Below are positions 1 through 12,265 of a stretch of DNA of 64,000 bases, piece by piece; positions within the stretch are counted from its first letter, which is position 1, and every line of letters starts with the position of its first letter. A program made the position numbers and the translations under genes. This DNA comes from Trichinella spiralis (Eukaryota). Below the pieces are notes generated by a model. The model worked only from the letters and a program-made list of their open reading frames with translations, did no database searches and was not told where the DNA came from. The stretch covers positions 9,346,849-9,410,848 of the forward strand of contig NW_003526943.1 in NCBI RefSeq assembly GCF_000181795.1, in the 5' to 3' direction.

Positions 1-179
1 GGCAAGGAGTTACTTTTTCTGTGTTCTGTTTACTTGGAAAATTCGAAATAAACTTTGTCCCTTTGTTTGCACACCAACTTCGCTGGATCATTTTAAGAAA
101 AAGCATTGTGAAGTATCATTTATACATTTTCAAAATGATCAGAAGTCACAGCAGCGTATGAAATGCAAAAAGCAATAAT

Positions 180-532
180 TGCAGCTGTGGACAATTTATC
201 ACTTGTTGTCTTTCCCCTTGTATTAAAATTGCTATAACTAACATATGTGATGTGATGGGAAACGCGAACAATGTTTGACAAAGGCATATGCGTGAAATCA
301 TGCGTAAAATTCAGTGAAATTGCGAGCTAAGACGTAACGTCTGGCTGTTCTTCACTGTTGTTGTTGTTGCTGTTGGGTAGTGAAAAATTAAAATCACTAT
401 TTAACTTATTTTTGTATCGTTTGAACTATCGCATTTGATATGACGTCACTCTGGTACAATAAAATATAGAATAATGATAAAAATTATTTTCGGGAATGCT
501 GATCATGAAAAAGTATAAACTTCACCACAAAT
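180..532 (+). repeat. Terminal segment (TIR) of a foldback/Mutator-like repeat
   Basis: Near-identical to 4738-5038. The distal part is the reverse complement of 1879-2035 and of 52220-52345. Similarity stops at ...cttcaccacaaat. Confidence 0.75.
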
Positions 533-781
533 AATATATTTAAATAACCAAAATTTCAATGAATGACAAAACTTCAAACAAAAGATAAAATTTTGGAATA
601 ATAAATATTTCCACTATTTATGTTACGTCACTACTATTAAAGTTACGTAATCCTAAATTGAACATTTGAACCAATGAAATGAAAAAATATTACAGCTAAT
701 CACAATGAAAGATTGAATCAATGAGCANNNNNNNNNNAATTTAAGTACATCATACATCGAACTATTTCTTATTACTTTTTA

Positions 782-1850
782 CGTTTTTCGTCTATAAATT
801 GCCAGGAGGAAAATCTTCACATTATCTTATACCATCTGCTGCCACAGACTGGACAGATGCAGATTATATTGATGACGCACCCCATCCAATTCATTCTACG
901 ATGGACAAGTATTTTTCTTCACAAGCCAAGCCCAATACAAATATTATGTTGTACTTTCCTTATCCTCCACATTTTAAATTTGAACTTCCCATGAATCCCG
1001 GAAAAGGTATATTCATTTCTGTATCACATTAAAATTATGACATCAAAATTTCTTATTTAGGTGAAATAGTGGCTGAGGAGCAAAATACAAGCTTTTGGTT
1101 GGTACACACAACGAAATATTTTCCCACTTTACCAGGTGCTGTTAGAGATTTGTTTACACTTGAGAAGACCACCCAGGAGGCACCTGCATTTTTATGCATG
1201 TCATATACTGATGTTAATTTGAGGGCAGTTGATATACCATTTTATTTTATTAAATTACCATTAAGAGTCCTGAGCAATTTTATCCCACATAATTGATTAC
1301 GAGCTACCCATCGGATTTTTTGCTCACAGATCTGCACCACAAGCCCCACTGGCTTTCTACGATTCTTCTGAGATTCGAAAACTTGTCGATGGACTGCATA
1401 AATATCATCCAACTGCATCTACTTCTGGTGATGTCATAAGAACTTTGACTCCACCACGAACTGTGAAAATATTTGCATCAGCACCAATATCATATTCGTC
1501 AGGTACATCTGAATTCCGAAAATAACAACAAATATATTAAACAGACAAAAATTGTGTATTTTCAGATATATATTCAGATTACGTTGTTAAAATTCTGCTA
1601 CAATCCATGCAAGTTTACACACCTGGAACGACTGCAACTGTTTTGAGAAAATCATGCGCTGGCACATTAAAAGTGCTAAATGTATTAGGGCCAATAACTG
1701 TTAAGATACTGAACTTCCAATAGGACAAGACTGTGCAGCATGGTCCTGTTCCAAAGTCAGATTGCTGATTTGGCATGCCTAAGCAATACTGGAGACCGGC
1801 ATGAATGAATTTAATTCTTGTCTATCCCTTACTCTATCGAAACTGAATTA
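782..1850 (+). pseudogene. DNase II (plancitoxin-like) family gene, partial; frameshifted at the 3' end or low-quality sequence
   Basis: Spliced segments read FFVYKLPGGKSSHY...PGKG, SFWLVHTTKYFP, DIYSDYVVKIL and PIGQDCAAWS, matching DNase II motifs (YKLP, HxKG, FWLVHSVP, DHSKW). Contig is bounded by gaps; frameshift near 1700. Confidence 0.75.
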
Positions 1851-2107
1851 AGCGAATAGATGCTAAACNNNNNNNNNNAATTTTTATTATTATTCTATAT
1901 TTTATTGTACCAAAGTGACGTTATATCAAATGCGATAGCAATAATTCAGAAAAAACAATACAAAAATAAGTTAAATAGTGATTTTTATTTTTTACTAGCC
2001 AACAGCAGCAGCAACAACAGTAAAGAACAGCCAACAAGAACAACAATAAAAAACAACAGTGAGCGGCATTAACAAAGTGGAAACAACGAAAAAGCAAGAA
2101 ACTAAGT

Positions 2108-2190
2108 AATACAATACAATACAATACAATACAATGAAATAGAAAACAAATATAATACAATACAATACAACACAACACAGTAAAATACAA
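2108..2190 (+). repeat. Imperfect (ATACA)n microsatellite
   Basis: aatacaatacaatacaatacaatacaat... tract. Confidence 0.85.
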
Positions 2191-2211
2191 TCCACCATTT
2201 GGAAGGCGGCA

Positions 2212-3615
2212 TTAAATCGGCGCCGGCGTTATGTACATTAATGCTTCAAGGAACTGCTCCAGGGTACGACTACCGCTGGTGTATTCACTCGTACATTGGG
2301 CAACCCGTTGTTGCTTTTCAGCATAAACCTTGTTTACCCGTCTTAAGTCACCAACGGTAGCGTTTCCTGATAGCACTTGTTGAATCAGGGTGTCCATCAC
2401 ACCCTGTTCTGCTATCAGGATCTGGATCAGTTCATACAACCCGTTATGACTTTTAGCCGCTTGTCTGTTCAGCCGATGTCCTAACCTTCCAAGTGGTTAT
2501 TGGTTCTGATATTTACATTATGCACATTCCAAAGCGGCAGTCGCTCGTCGGTCATCTACTCCTGCCGAAAGTATTGGAATAAAGCGGCTAAAGTACCAGT
2601 AGTGCCTGCTTCAAGCAGTCTAACACCCGTATCAACTTGCGGTACAGGGAGGAAAGTGGCCAGGAGCATTCTTATCTTTCTTCTTGTTCCTTCTTCCGTT
2701 CGTTATGGTGTTTTCAGTCCCAGCTTACCGACATTCCTATGTACCGCCTGGCATAAGTGGAAGTAGTAGCCCTGTACCCGCGTATTCGGGAAGTAGCCCT
2801 GAATCGCGGGTATCAGGGCTGTTTCAAAATCACAAATTATTGTTTGTGGATTGAGATTGACCCCGAGGACTGCCGCTTTGTTTATTAAAGCTTGGAAAAT
2901 AAACTCGTATGTTCCAATATCTTTACCCGTACATAAACAGTAACTGCTGGCACCAGCTTACCCGCCACAAAGGCATAGATGGTAAACAGTTGTTGATACC
3001 ATTGTAATACAACCTTAAAAGTACCATCCTTGCCCCAGGTTTGCATGGTTGCCAGCAGTCTAATGTTGTAACCCGTAGCAATTACCAGTATATGCCTCGA
3101 TGCACTCTGCCACAATAAAAAATCTTCACCGGCCTTTGTTGTCCTGAACGGGGAAGGGATTAGCAGGTCCCGATGATGTTTAGGCAGTTTCTGGTATCGC
3201 TTTGCCAGGTGGCTGTACATCGTGGACGCAAAGGGGAAAATGGCCAGATGTGGATGGGTGGGTGGACGCGGCGGAAGGTTCTTCATCATAAATGGCCGGG
3301 ATGGGTTTCGTTTCTTCCGCGCTCCGCTTTTTCAAAATCGCCTTTTTTCCATTTTGTATGCCAAGTGCTCATCCACTGGGCAGCTTTCGATGTGATCATT
3401 CTGCTTGATCACCGATGTCACGTCAAGGTTTGTCCATATAGCACCACCACAGCCTATTTTGTCCTATACCAAAATACACCAACAATTAATAACGAAGGAC
3501 ACACTGTACATTTAGCACATACTTTTGAGCACCTCCAATATTTCTGTTTTCCGGCACGTTTTAATTTGTATGCCCTGCCTTCATGAACAAGGGACATGGT
3601 CCATTACCGATTTCC
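2212..3615 (-). pseudogene. FLYWCH + MULE (Mutator) transposase, frameshifted
   Basis: MSLVHEGRAYKLKRAGKQKYWRCSK (FLYWCH-like), DGTFKVV...QLFTIYAF, CDFETALIPAIQGYFPNTRVQGYYFHLCQAV and RTNNHLEG (MULE motifs), split over several frames. Confidence 0.85.
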
Positions 3616-5048
3616 CTCCTGATATATAAATCTGCTCCCACTATTTGTAAATAAATTTGTTGTCTGTTGAAATTTATCATGATTGGATGTTAACTTCCGG
3701 GTGTAATATCAGAATACTGAATCTGTTTGAAAAATCTGGAATATTGTGGCAACACTTCCAATTTCCAGCTTACAAATGGCACTACGGCTAACGTTACGTT
3801 TTAGCTCACAATTTCACTTAATTTTACGCATGATTTCACGCATCACATCACATATGTTGGTAAAGGAGATTTTAATACAAAGGGAAAGTACACAATTGAC
3901 AAATTGTTCACAGTTGCAGCTTTCCAGCTTAACCAAGGAGTGACAACTACTAAATTGTTAGCATCTGATTAATTTTTTGATTTTACTGGGAGTGTTCTAT
4001 TTAAATCTTTCTTGTTTGCAATCCAAGAATTTTACTTTAATATTTACAAGTTTCTTTTATTACGAAACATCCATATATGTATTTTTATACATGTCGATTA
4101 GTTTTGCTGTTTGTATGAAAAATCCTGTTTGACGTCCATACATTTCATATAAAATACAGTCCAACTTGGTTAAGTGCATAAGATTTTGGCCGAAAAAAAT
4201 TCCCTGTAGTTAATTAAACGGTAAAATAATGGATAAGTGCATGGAAATTCTTTTTAAATTCCATGCTCACTTAACCAAGTTTAAATGTAATTTGAAATGC
4301 AACGTCAAACAGATCAGCTATATCATAGGCGCTGCTTTTGATGCGGAATGTTTAAATATTTCGTTATCATTGAAATATACATTGATAGGTTGCAAGTGAA
4401 AATGAGAATAGATGGCAATTTAAGTGTTCACCAACGCACTAGTCAGTTTTGTTCAGATGTTGAAATAGAAAGTTTACAATTTAAACCAAATATATAAAAC
4501 TAAATTTGTTTTTTGATTTGTAAATAATATTGCAGATTTTTAATTTTTTATGTAAATAAAATATACGAAGGAAAACAATAATTCTGGTGTACAGGAGCAA
4601 AAGAAACATTGGAAAGATTAAAGATAAAATTTGTTCGCAAACCAGAAAAATTTTCAGAGAACAGGCGGGAAAATCAGAAAAGTACTTCGATGCTAACACA
4701 AATTAGCAATTGCCAGTCATAATTTTAACTCAGAACTGCAGCTGTGGACAATTTATCACTTGTTGTCTTTCCCTTTGTATTAAAATTGCTATAACTAACA
4801 TATGTGATGTGATGGGAAACGCGAACAATGTTTGACAAAGGCATATGCGTGAAATCATGCGTAAAATTCAGTGAAATTGCGAGCTAAGACGTAACGTCTG
4901 GCTGTTCTTCACTGTTGTTGTTGTTGCTGTTGGTAGTGAAAAATAAAAATCACTATTTAACTATTTTTGTATCGTTTGAACTATCGCATTTGATATGACG
5001 TCACTCTGGTACATAAAAATATAGAATAATGATAAAAANNNNNNNNNN

Positions 5049-6078
5049 TCGTCGGTCATCTACTCCTGCCGAAAGTATTGGAATAAAGCGGCTAAAGTAC
5101 CAGTAGTGCCTGCTTCAAGCAGTCTAACACCCGTATCAACTTGCGGTACAGGGAGGAAAGTGGCCAGGAGCATTCTTATCTTTCTTCTTGTTCCTTCTTC
5201 CGTTCGTTATGGTGTTTTCAGTCCCAGCTTACAGACATTCCTATGTACCGCCTGGCATAAGTGGAAGTAGTAGCCCCTGTACCCGCGTATTCGGGAAGTA
5301 GCCCTGAATCCGGGGTATCAGGGCTGTTTTCCAAAATCACAAATTTATTGTTTGAGGATTGAGATTGACCCCGAGGACTGCCGCTTTGTTTATTAAAGCT
5401 TGGAAAATAAACTCGTATGTTCCAATATCTTTTACCCGTACATAAACAGTAACTGGGGGCACCAGCTTACCCGCCACAAAGGCATAGATGGTAAACAGTT
5501 GTTGATACCATTGTAATACAACCTTAAAAGTACCATCCTTGCCCCAGGTTTGCATGGTTGCCAGCAGTCTAATGTTGTAACCCGTAGCAATTACCAGTAT
5601 ATGCCTCGATGCACTCTGCCACAATAAAAAATCTTCACCGGCCTTTGTTGTCCTGAACGGGGAAGGGATTAGCAGGTCCCGATGATGTTTAGGCAGTTTC
5701 TGGTATCGCTTTGCCACATGGCTGTACATCGTGGACGCAGAGGGGAAAATGGCCAGATGTGGATGGGTGGGTGGACGCGGCGGAAAGTTCTTCATCCTAA
5801 ATGGCCGGGAAGGGTTTCGTTTCTTCCGCGCTCCGCTTTTTCAAAATCGCCTTTTTTCCCTTATGTATGGCAAGAGCTCATCCTCTGGGCATGATTGAAT
5901 GTGATCATTCTGCTTGATCACCGATGTCACGTCAAGGTTTGTGCATATAACACCACCACAACCTATTTTTGTCCTATACCACGCTACACCAATGATTAAT
6001 ACCGAAGGACCCACTGCTACATGTAAAACATACTTTTCGAGCACCTCCAATATATTTGTTTTCTCGCACGGGTGATAT
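5049..6078 (-). pseudogene. Second copy of the MULE transposase fragment
   Basis: Near-identical to about 2545-3560; isolated small contig between two gaps. Confidence 0.85.
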
Positions 6079-6088
6079 NNNNNNNNNN

Positions 6089-6322
6089 TCCTTGCAAAAT
6101 TTGGGGGAACCATTTCCTTGTTCTTAACAGTTGGGCAATCAACATTGAGAACGCAAATATTCAAAACACATTTGTAATCAGGCTCACAAGGGCAACGGCT
6201 ACTAAAACCATGGGCTAGAATGAAGAACTTTGTTTTTTTAACAGCTTTATTTATTTTCAATTTTCTTATTTACCTTTTATTATTAAAATGAAAAACAACA
6301 GGAAAGAAAAGCATAAAGCCAT
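6089..6322 (-). CDS. 5' part of a secreted Cys-rich (probably WAP-related) protein, cut by a gap
   Basis: Exon 6322-6274 MALCFSFLLFFILIIK (signal peptide), phase-1 GT-AG intron, exon from 6214 AHGFSSRCPCEPDYKCVLNICVLNVDCPTVKNKEMVPPNFAR. Confidence 0.6.
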
Positions 6323-8718
6323 CTCCCAGTGCGACTGTTTCATACAAATAGTCCAGGAATGAAAACTTTGCAAATGGCCTGAACAAACAGCCTGCCAGAA
6401 ATATACTGCTCAACAAATAAAGCCGATGGCCTAGTTTTGTAGGCAAAGTTGATTCCCTTCAGAAAAGTAACTAAATTTGTTGGCTTACAGTTTGAATTGT
6501 TTATCATGAGAAAAAGTTTTAAACTGCATTTTTTCATTGCACTACCTTTTAAGCTCTAAAACTGTAAACCACTTTTATTCATAATATAAAATAATGAAAA
6601 TTTTTAAAAAGTTATCTTATAATTTTAATTATTCTATTAAACCAGCATGATGTATCTTTGATCAGGCTTTATTGTCAGCAATGCGCATTTTGTTTTATAA
6701 AAAATGATTTTCAATTATAATTTGAGTTTTTAAAATGTTGATTGATTATAAATAAAAAGATCTAAAGAGAAAACTAAATTATAAAAATATCACTGCCTTA
6801 CGCATGAAATTGCATTGATTCGTCCATTAGAAGAATGGGAAAATTTTCCATCGATCAATATTTTAGTTCAAAAATTGTTTATTCTCAGTCAGTATAGTTG
6901 GTAGCATAATCGCCTATTCATAGCAGGACAGATCAACTTGATGTATTTTAATTTTAACTGAAGCTGACCGATTAGCTGGAAAATCGAAAATTCTACCAAC
7001 AAGACCATCTATATGTTAACTGATGCTTGTAGTGATCGAAAGAAATCAAAACCACGGTTTGGGGCAAATTCTTCAACAGACCTTATTTAAAGCAGCCGCT
7101 TTTGCAATCAACGGAACTTTCAAACCTTTGAAATCACTGGATAATTTCTGAAATATTTTTATAAATGTAGAAAAAGCTTAAGTGCATGTTTGTACAGTTT
7201 GTTACAAATTCCCATATTCACTAAATAGAACTTTAGCGATGTCTTAATTTCTGATTCAGAGTTTTAGTCAAATGTTTAATTGCAAAAGCATGTTCATCTT
7301 TTGAAAAGTAAATTTTATTTAAAAAAAATTTTATTTTCTGATTTCAAGCATATTCATAATTCAAAATACATTTTCAGTTGTTTAAAATACATATTTTTAC
7401 TTTCAGAGGCAATATTCATGTGAAATGTGTCATGTAAAGATTACTATTATTCTTTTTTATTTGTTGCAATTTTTACTATCAGAACTTATGAGACATGATG
7501 TTTTTCAATAACATTCTGATATATACAAGATAAACTAAAAGATCTTGAAGATTTCAAAATTCTTTACTTGGCATTCTTATTATTTATAGGTCAATATTAT
7601 AGTAATAAGTATTAAAGATTATTCATAATGTATGCTTTACTTTTTATAAATTAATTACCGTTGATGACTTCAAAGATTTTTTTTATTTTCTTACACTTTC
7701 TAATTGTGATGCTGTCACTCAAAACGAAAATCATTTTTTAAAATTAAAATCAAAACTTGAAACATTAAAAAGTTGCACTTTAAGCCTTTCATAAGTTAAA
7801 TTTTTGCTTTTATATATAAAAAGATAACAAATAAACTGTTAAATAAACTGATTTCAGTTTATATAGGATTTGTTTCGAATAAATGAAAAAGTTGAAATAA
7901 TGTTCTGATGTAATATGTGATGAAAATCAATTCTGTTGCATTAAATTAGGGTTTTTGAATTGTTGTTCAATTGTGCAGATGCAATGAATTGAAAAAATAC
8001 AAAAAATAAAAAAAACAGTCATTTAAAGTTATAGTTATTTTTGATCAAATTATTGTAATCAAATCTATTGATAAAGATTGAATGGAATACTTATGAATAT
8101 TATCGTTTATAAGTTACAGCAAATATTAAACTCAGTAATGCAAATCAGTAAAAGATATAATAAGCTTGAAAGGCTGTCAGCTTTAATTTAAAAATTTTGA
8201 TAACATTTTCAATATAATTTTTACATTTCACTCATTTCTAATATCTGTCTAAAATACAGATCAATATGGCAACTTTTATATAAAAAATACAGTAATGCCA
8301 AAAACCTATTTTGTTTATGAAATAAAAATGAACAGCTTAAAGTCTTTTTAAATATTGGGCTGTTTTTAATTTATCATTGTTAATATCTTTATTCAGTTGA
8401 TGACAGTATAATTGTACCTGAGTTGCGCTATGTTTGGATACTGTACTTTACAATTTACTGTACAATGCAATTTAAATTTAAAGCATTAGTTAAAGTTGGT
8501 AGTGTCGGTTTGCGATGTATGATCAGTTTTTTCATGTTTGTTTATACTAGCAGACTGAATTAACAACTTCAGTTAAGCATTCTTAGTAAATTTTTTGAGC
8601 ATTATATTTGACCTGATTTGCGCGCGGTTCATGATTTACTTCAATAATGCTTTTCATTGATAAATTGGTTTTGCTAATTTTAGATTTGATTTCAAGTTAA
8701 GTGGACAAAAATTCTGCT

Positions 8719-11088
8719 ATGGGTGCAAGTTTGAGTGAGCCCGACACGAAACTGACTACAGCGAGTTGTGGAAATAGTTACCTCAAAGTTGGTTCTTCGT
8801 CTATGCAAGGATGGCGAATTCGTAAGTTTTGAAATTTATTTCCATTGTTGATGTTTTTCTTTTCCAGTAATATATTTTTGAAATATTTTCAGAAATGGAA
8901 GATGCTCACACTCATCTTCTGTCTTTACCTGAGGACGAGAAGGTGAGCTTTTTCGGAGTGTACGATGGTCATGGAGGTAATTTGATTAAAGTGTGTTTTT
9001 TTAATTTACTGAACAATTTTTTTTCTTTCAAGGTGCCTGCGCTTCTCGTTATGCATCTTGCCATTTGCACAAAGCAATTGCACAAACGAAAGCATTTGGT
9101 ATAGTTGCCGCTTTGCGTTTTCAACTTTCTCTTGTCATATAGTTCAATTTTTATAGCCGAAGGAGATTTGGTCGAAGCGATAAAACAAGGCTTCCTGGAC
9201 GTGGATAAAGACATGTTAGAAAGTAAATTTAAATTTTATTTTTTGGGATTAACTTTTTTATTGCCAAATGCTGTTCACATGTTGGTTTGCATTTTGATGA
9301 CGATACAATTTAAAAATTTGTTTGCAAGTTTAAATGTTCACATTGTTTCACATGAATGTTTAAGTTATTTTAAAGTTGGTATTGAAAAATGTTGAAATGA
9401 AAATGAAAAATTTTACTTTTTTAAAATAAATATAATTAATGATTTTTTATTTGTTTTTCAACTAGATCACGGAAATTTGGTTGGCGTTGCGGGTACTACT
9501 GCAGTGATAGTGATGCTGAAGGAGGATACATTGTTTTGCGTAAGTTAAATTTCCGTATCAGTTTGCCTATTTATAAATTCAAAAAAATATATATCATAAT
9601 ATTGCTTGAAACTTCAGCATTATTCTTGCAGCTTCATTACGCTAACTCATTGTTGTCATTGATTTATTGCTTTCATTGCTCTGCTGAGTAAACGGATGTG
9701 TTTACGGCACGCTTTATTCATAAATGTGGTAAACACATTTGTGACTGAGGAGGCAGAAGCGCGCTTTGAAGTAGTATAATTAAAATGTTGAGTTGAGCGC
9801 ATATTGTCTACTGGCGTGTAATTCGGCAATGTTGAAGAACATCCCCTGTTCTCAGTTTGCATTCGACGTATTTGTTTTCATAATTGATTTATAATATTAT
9901 GCTTAAAAGTTAAAAGTGGCGACTGAAATTATTGCTCTTGAAAAATTGGTCGATTTTCTTCTTTAATCACTGTTTGCCAAAGTTGTTTTTGAGATTTTGA
10001 TCTTTGCTTTTTGTTTGCTAAGAATTTTGATGTTGTAAAATTAGATTTGTTTTGCTTTTATATCTTTTTCTCAGAACAGCAGTTTCCTGTTTGATGAGAA
10101 GCTGAAATTGTCAAAATTTTAAAATTGTGAAATTTCCATCAACTATGCCAATTATTTATTGAAAGTGTTAATTGTAATTATTAGTGAATGATAGCTTCGT
10201 TGGAAAAGGAAATGTGTTTAATTTAATTTAATTTTTCTTTTCAATTAAGGGAAATGTTGGAGATTCTCGAGCGGTGATCAGTGCCGGAGGTGTGGCCGAG
10301 CCGTTGAGTTTTGACCACAAGCCGGTCAATGAGGGTGAAATTAAGCGAATTTTTTCTGCCGGCGGATGGGTGGAATTCAATCGTGTGAACGGCAATTTGG
10401 CCATGTCTCGGGCATTAGGCGATTTTATCTACAAAGCCTGTCACGAGAAATCGCCAAAAGAGCAGATTGTCACTGGTGCGTATTAATATTAGTTTTTTTT
10501 ATTTTATCAATATATATATATTTATTTATTTATGGATTATTCCTTCTGTTCAGCTTATCCCGATGTGGTGAGTCGCAGTTTGACCGATGCGGATGAATTT
10601 ATTGTTCTTGCTTGCGACGGTGTGTGGGATGTGATGACCAACCAGGAGGTGGTCGATTTTTGCCGTGAACGCATAGCTGCCGGTTTGGCACCAGAAAAAG
10701 TAGCTGTTTTAAGCGATGCGAACAAAATGATGAATAATAATTCGATTATAATATTTGTTGCATATTTTTTTGTTTGAATGAACAGATTTGTGAAGAATTG
10801 CTTTTGCAATGCTTGGCTCCGGATTGTCAGATGGGCGGTCTCGGCTGTGACAACATGACGGTCATTTTGGTTTGCCTGTTGAGAGATAAGCCTTACGAAG
10901 AATTGATGAAAAAATGCATCCGAGATCGCCCACCGACGCCCGTCCGACGGGCGGACGAGCTCAGCCAACAGTTTGTCACGCCTCCACTTTCCCCTGCCGA
11001 CTCCCAACCCGTCCTACTCTCTGGTTCATTTCCGGAGGCTATTGGGTCTCCAGTGGCCATTGAAAATGAAAACGAACAGGTAAAATGA
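8719..11088 (+). CDS. ppm-2: Protein phosphatase 2C (PPM family), 8 exons
   Basis: MGASLSEP...[66 protein letters not shown]. Exons about 8719-8821, 8893-8976, 9033-9098, 9157-9222, 9466-9539, 10250-10475, 10554-10699, 10786-11088. N-myristoylation consensus MGxxxS. Confidence 0.93.
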
Positions 11089-11627
11089 TAATAATAATGC
11101 TAATTGTTATCTAAATTATTTGATTACATTGTGATTTTGGAAAAACTGCTTTATTTATAATAATAATAAAATTCAAATTCCAAATGATTTAAACACATTT
11201 GCATGCAAATTAGCTTTTGCTGAACTGATGATGATTTGTTGCAAAGGTGCAGAAAAATCTATTTTCACATAATCAATCAGATTGTTTCGTTTTTGTTAAT
11301 TGGTCAGTTATGGGAATTTCTGATTTATTTATTGATGGCAAAAGAAGAAAATGCTGGCGTAAATGTAATTTTTCGGAAACTTTGCTTCATTTCTACACAA
11401 CATCCAACTATTATTTAGTGATTAATTATTGCTATTCGATGTTTATCAGGTGACTAATTAATTCGGTTCATTTATTTATTATGCTTTACTGGATTATCTG
11501 CTCATTTTCGTTTGCTGTTTTTGGACAGACAATAGCTTTTTTTTAAAAAACATATGTATATAGATAATTATACATTGCATGATGTGATGTATTTATTGTG
11601 GAAAATAAACGAGAAGAGTTGTTTCAG

Positions 11628-11759
11628 GAGAAAGTAGAGAAGAAGAATGAAATTGTGGATTGCGCAGTTGGTGATGTGAAGCAGTTGGAAGAATTGAAGC
11701 CGAAGGTGGTCGATTACAATGCCAACGAAAGTGAAGAAGCAGGTGAAAAGGAGAAGTAG
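11628..11759 (+). CDS. Probable extra or alternative last exon of the PP2C gene (acidic tail)
   Basis: Donor CAG|GTAAAA at 11079 joins in phase 0 to TTTCAG|GAG at 11628, giving EKVEKKNEIVD...EEAGEKEK*. Confidence 0.45.
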   Translation, partial: EKVEKKNEIVDCAVGDVKQLEELKPKVVDYNANESEEAGEKEK

Positions 11760-12265
11760 AATTAATTGTTGGGCAAGGCATAAACGACCAATGACAACAG
11801 TTCTCACCACATCCGTGGTGCTTCAATGCTTTGCATCAACTAGCCATCAGCAATTCTCTCTCTCTCTCTCTCCTATAATTTGCCGTGTTCATTATTATTC
11901 TATTTTTGTCATCATTTATTATGAATTATATATTTTTAATGCTCCCTTTTACACGACACAAAAGCTTTTTTATTTGTCGTGTCAAGAAATAAATGAAGAT
12001 ATATTTATTTTAAAATAAATTCAAATGAATCAAAATTCATTTTTTCCACTTTTTTTCAGATCTGTTATTGACAATGATTGTTTTTAGAATGAAATTTGCG
12101 GGAAAAAATGAAAAATAAAAATTCAACTTTTTCTTTTCTCGTCTCAATTGTCTATTTCCAATCAGTGATGACAATTTTATTGTCATTTTTCTGTTCAATT
12201 ATTAATTACTTTTTAATTGTTAATATTCAACAACAACAACAAATACATTTTTTATGAATTTCCAG

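Larger units (their letters stand above)
1879..5038. mobile_element. Foldback/Mutator-like element with long nested inverted repeats and a transposase remnant
   Basis: Inverted pairs: 1879-2035 with 4898-5038; 3790-4060 with 4590-4897; 4125-4180 with 4262-4311. Both ends run into gaps. Confidence 0.65.

Noticed and set aside
5841..6260. ORF fusing a Cys-rich exon to FLYWCH/MULE sequence
   Set aside because: The join crosses a 10-N gap between unrelated contigs.
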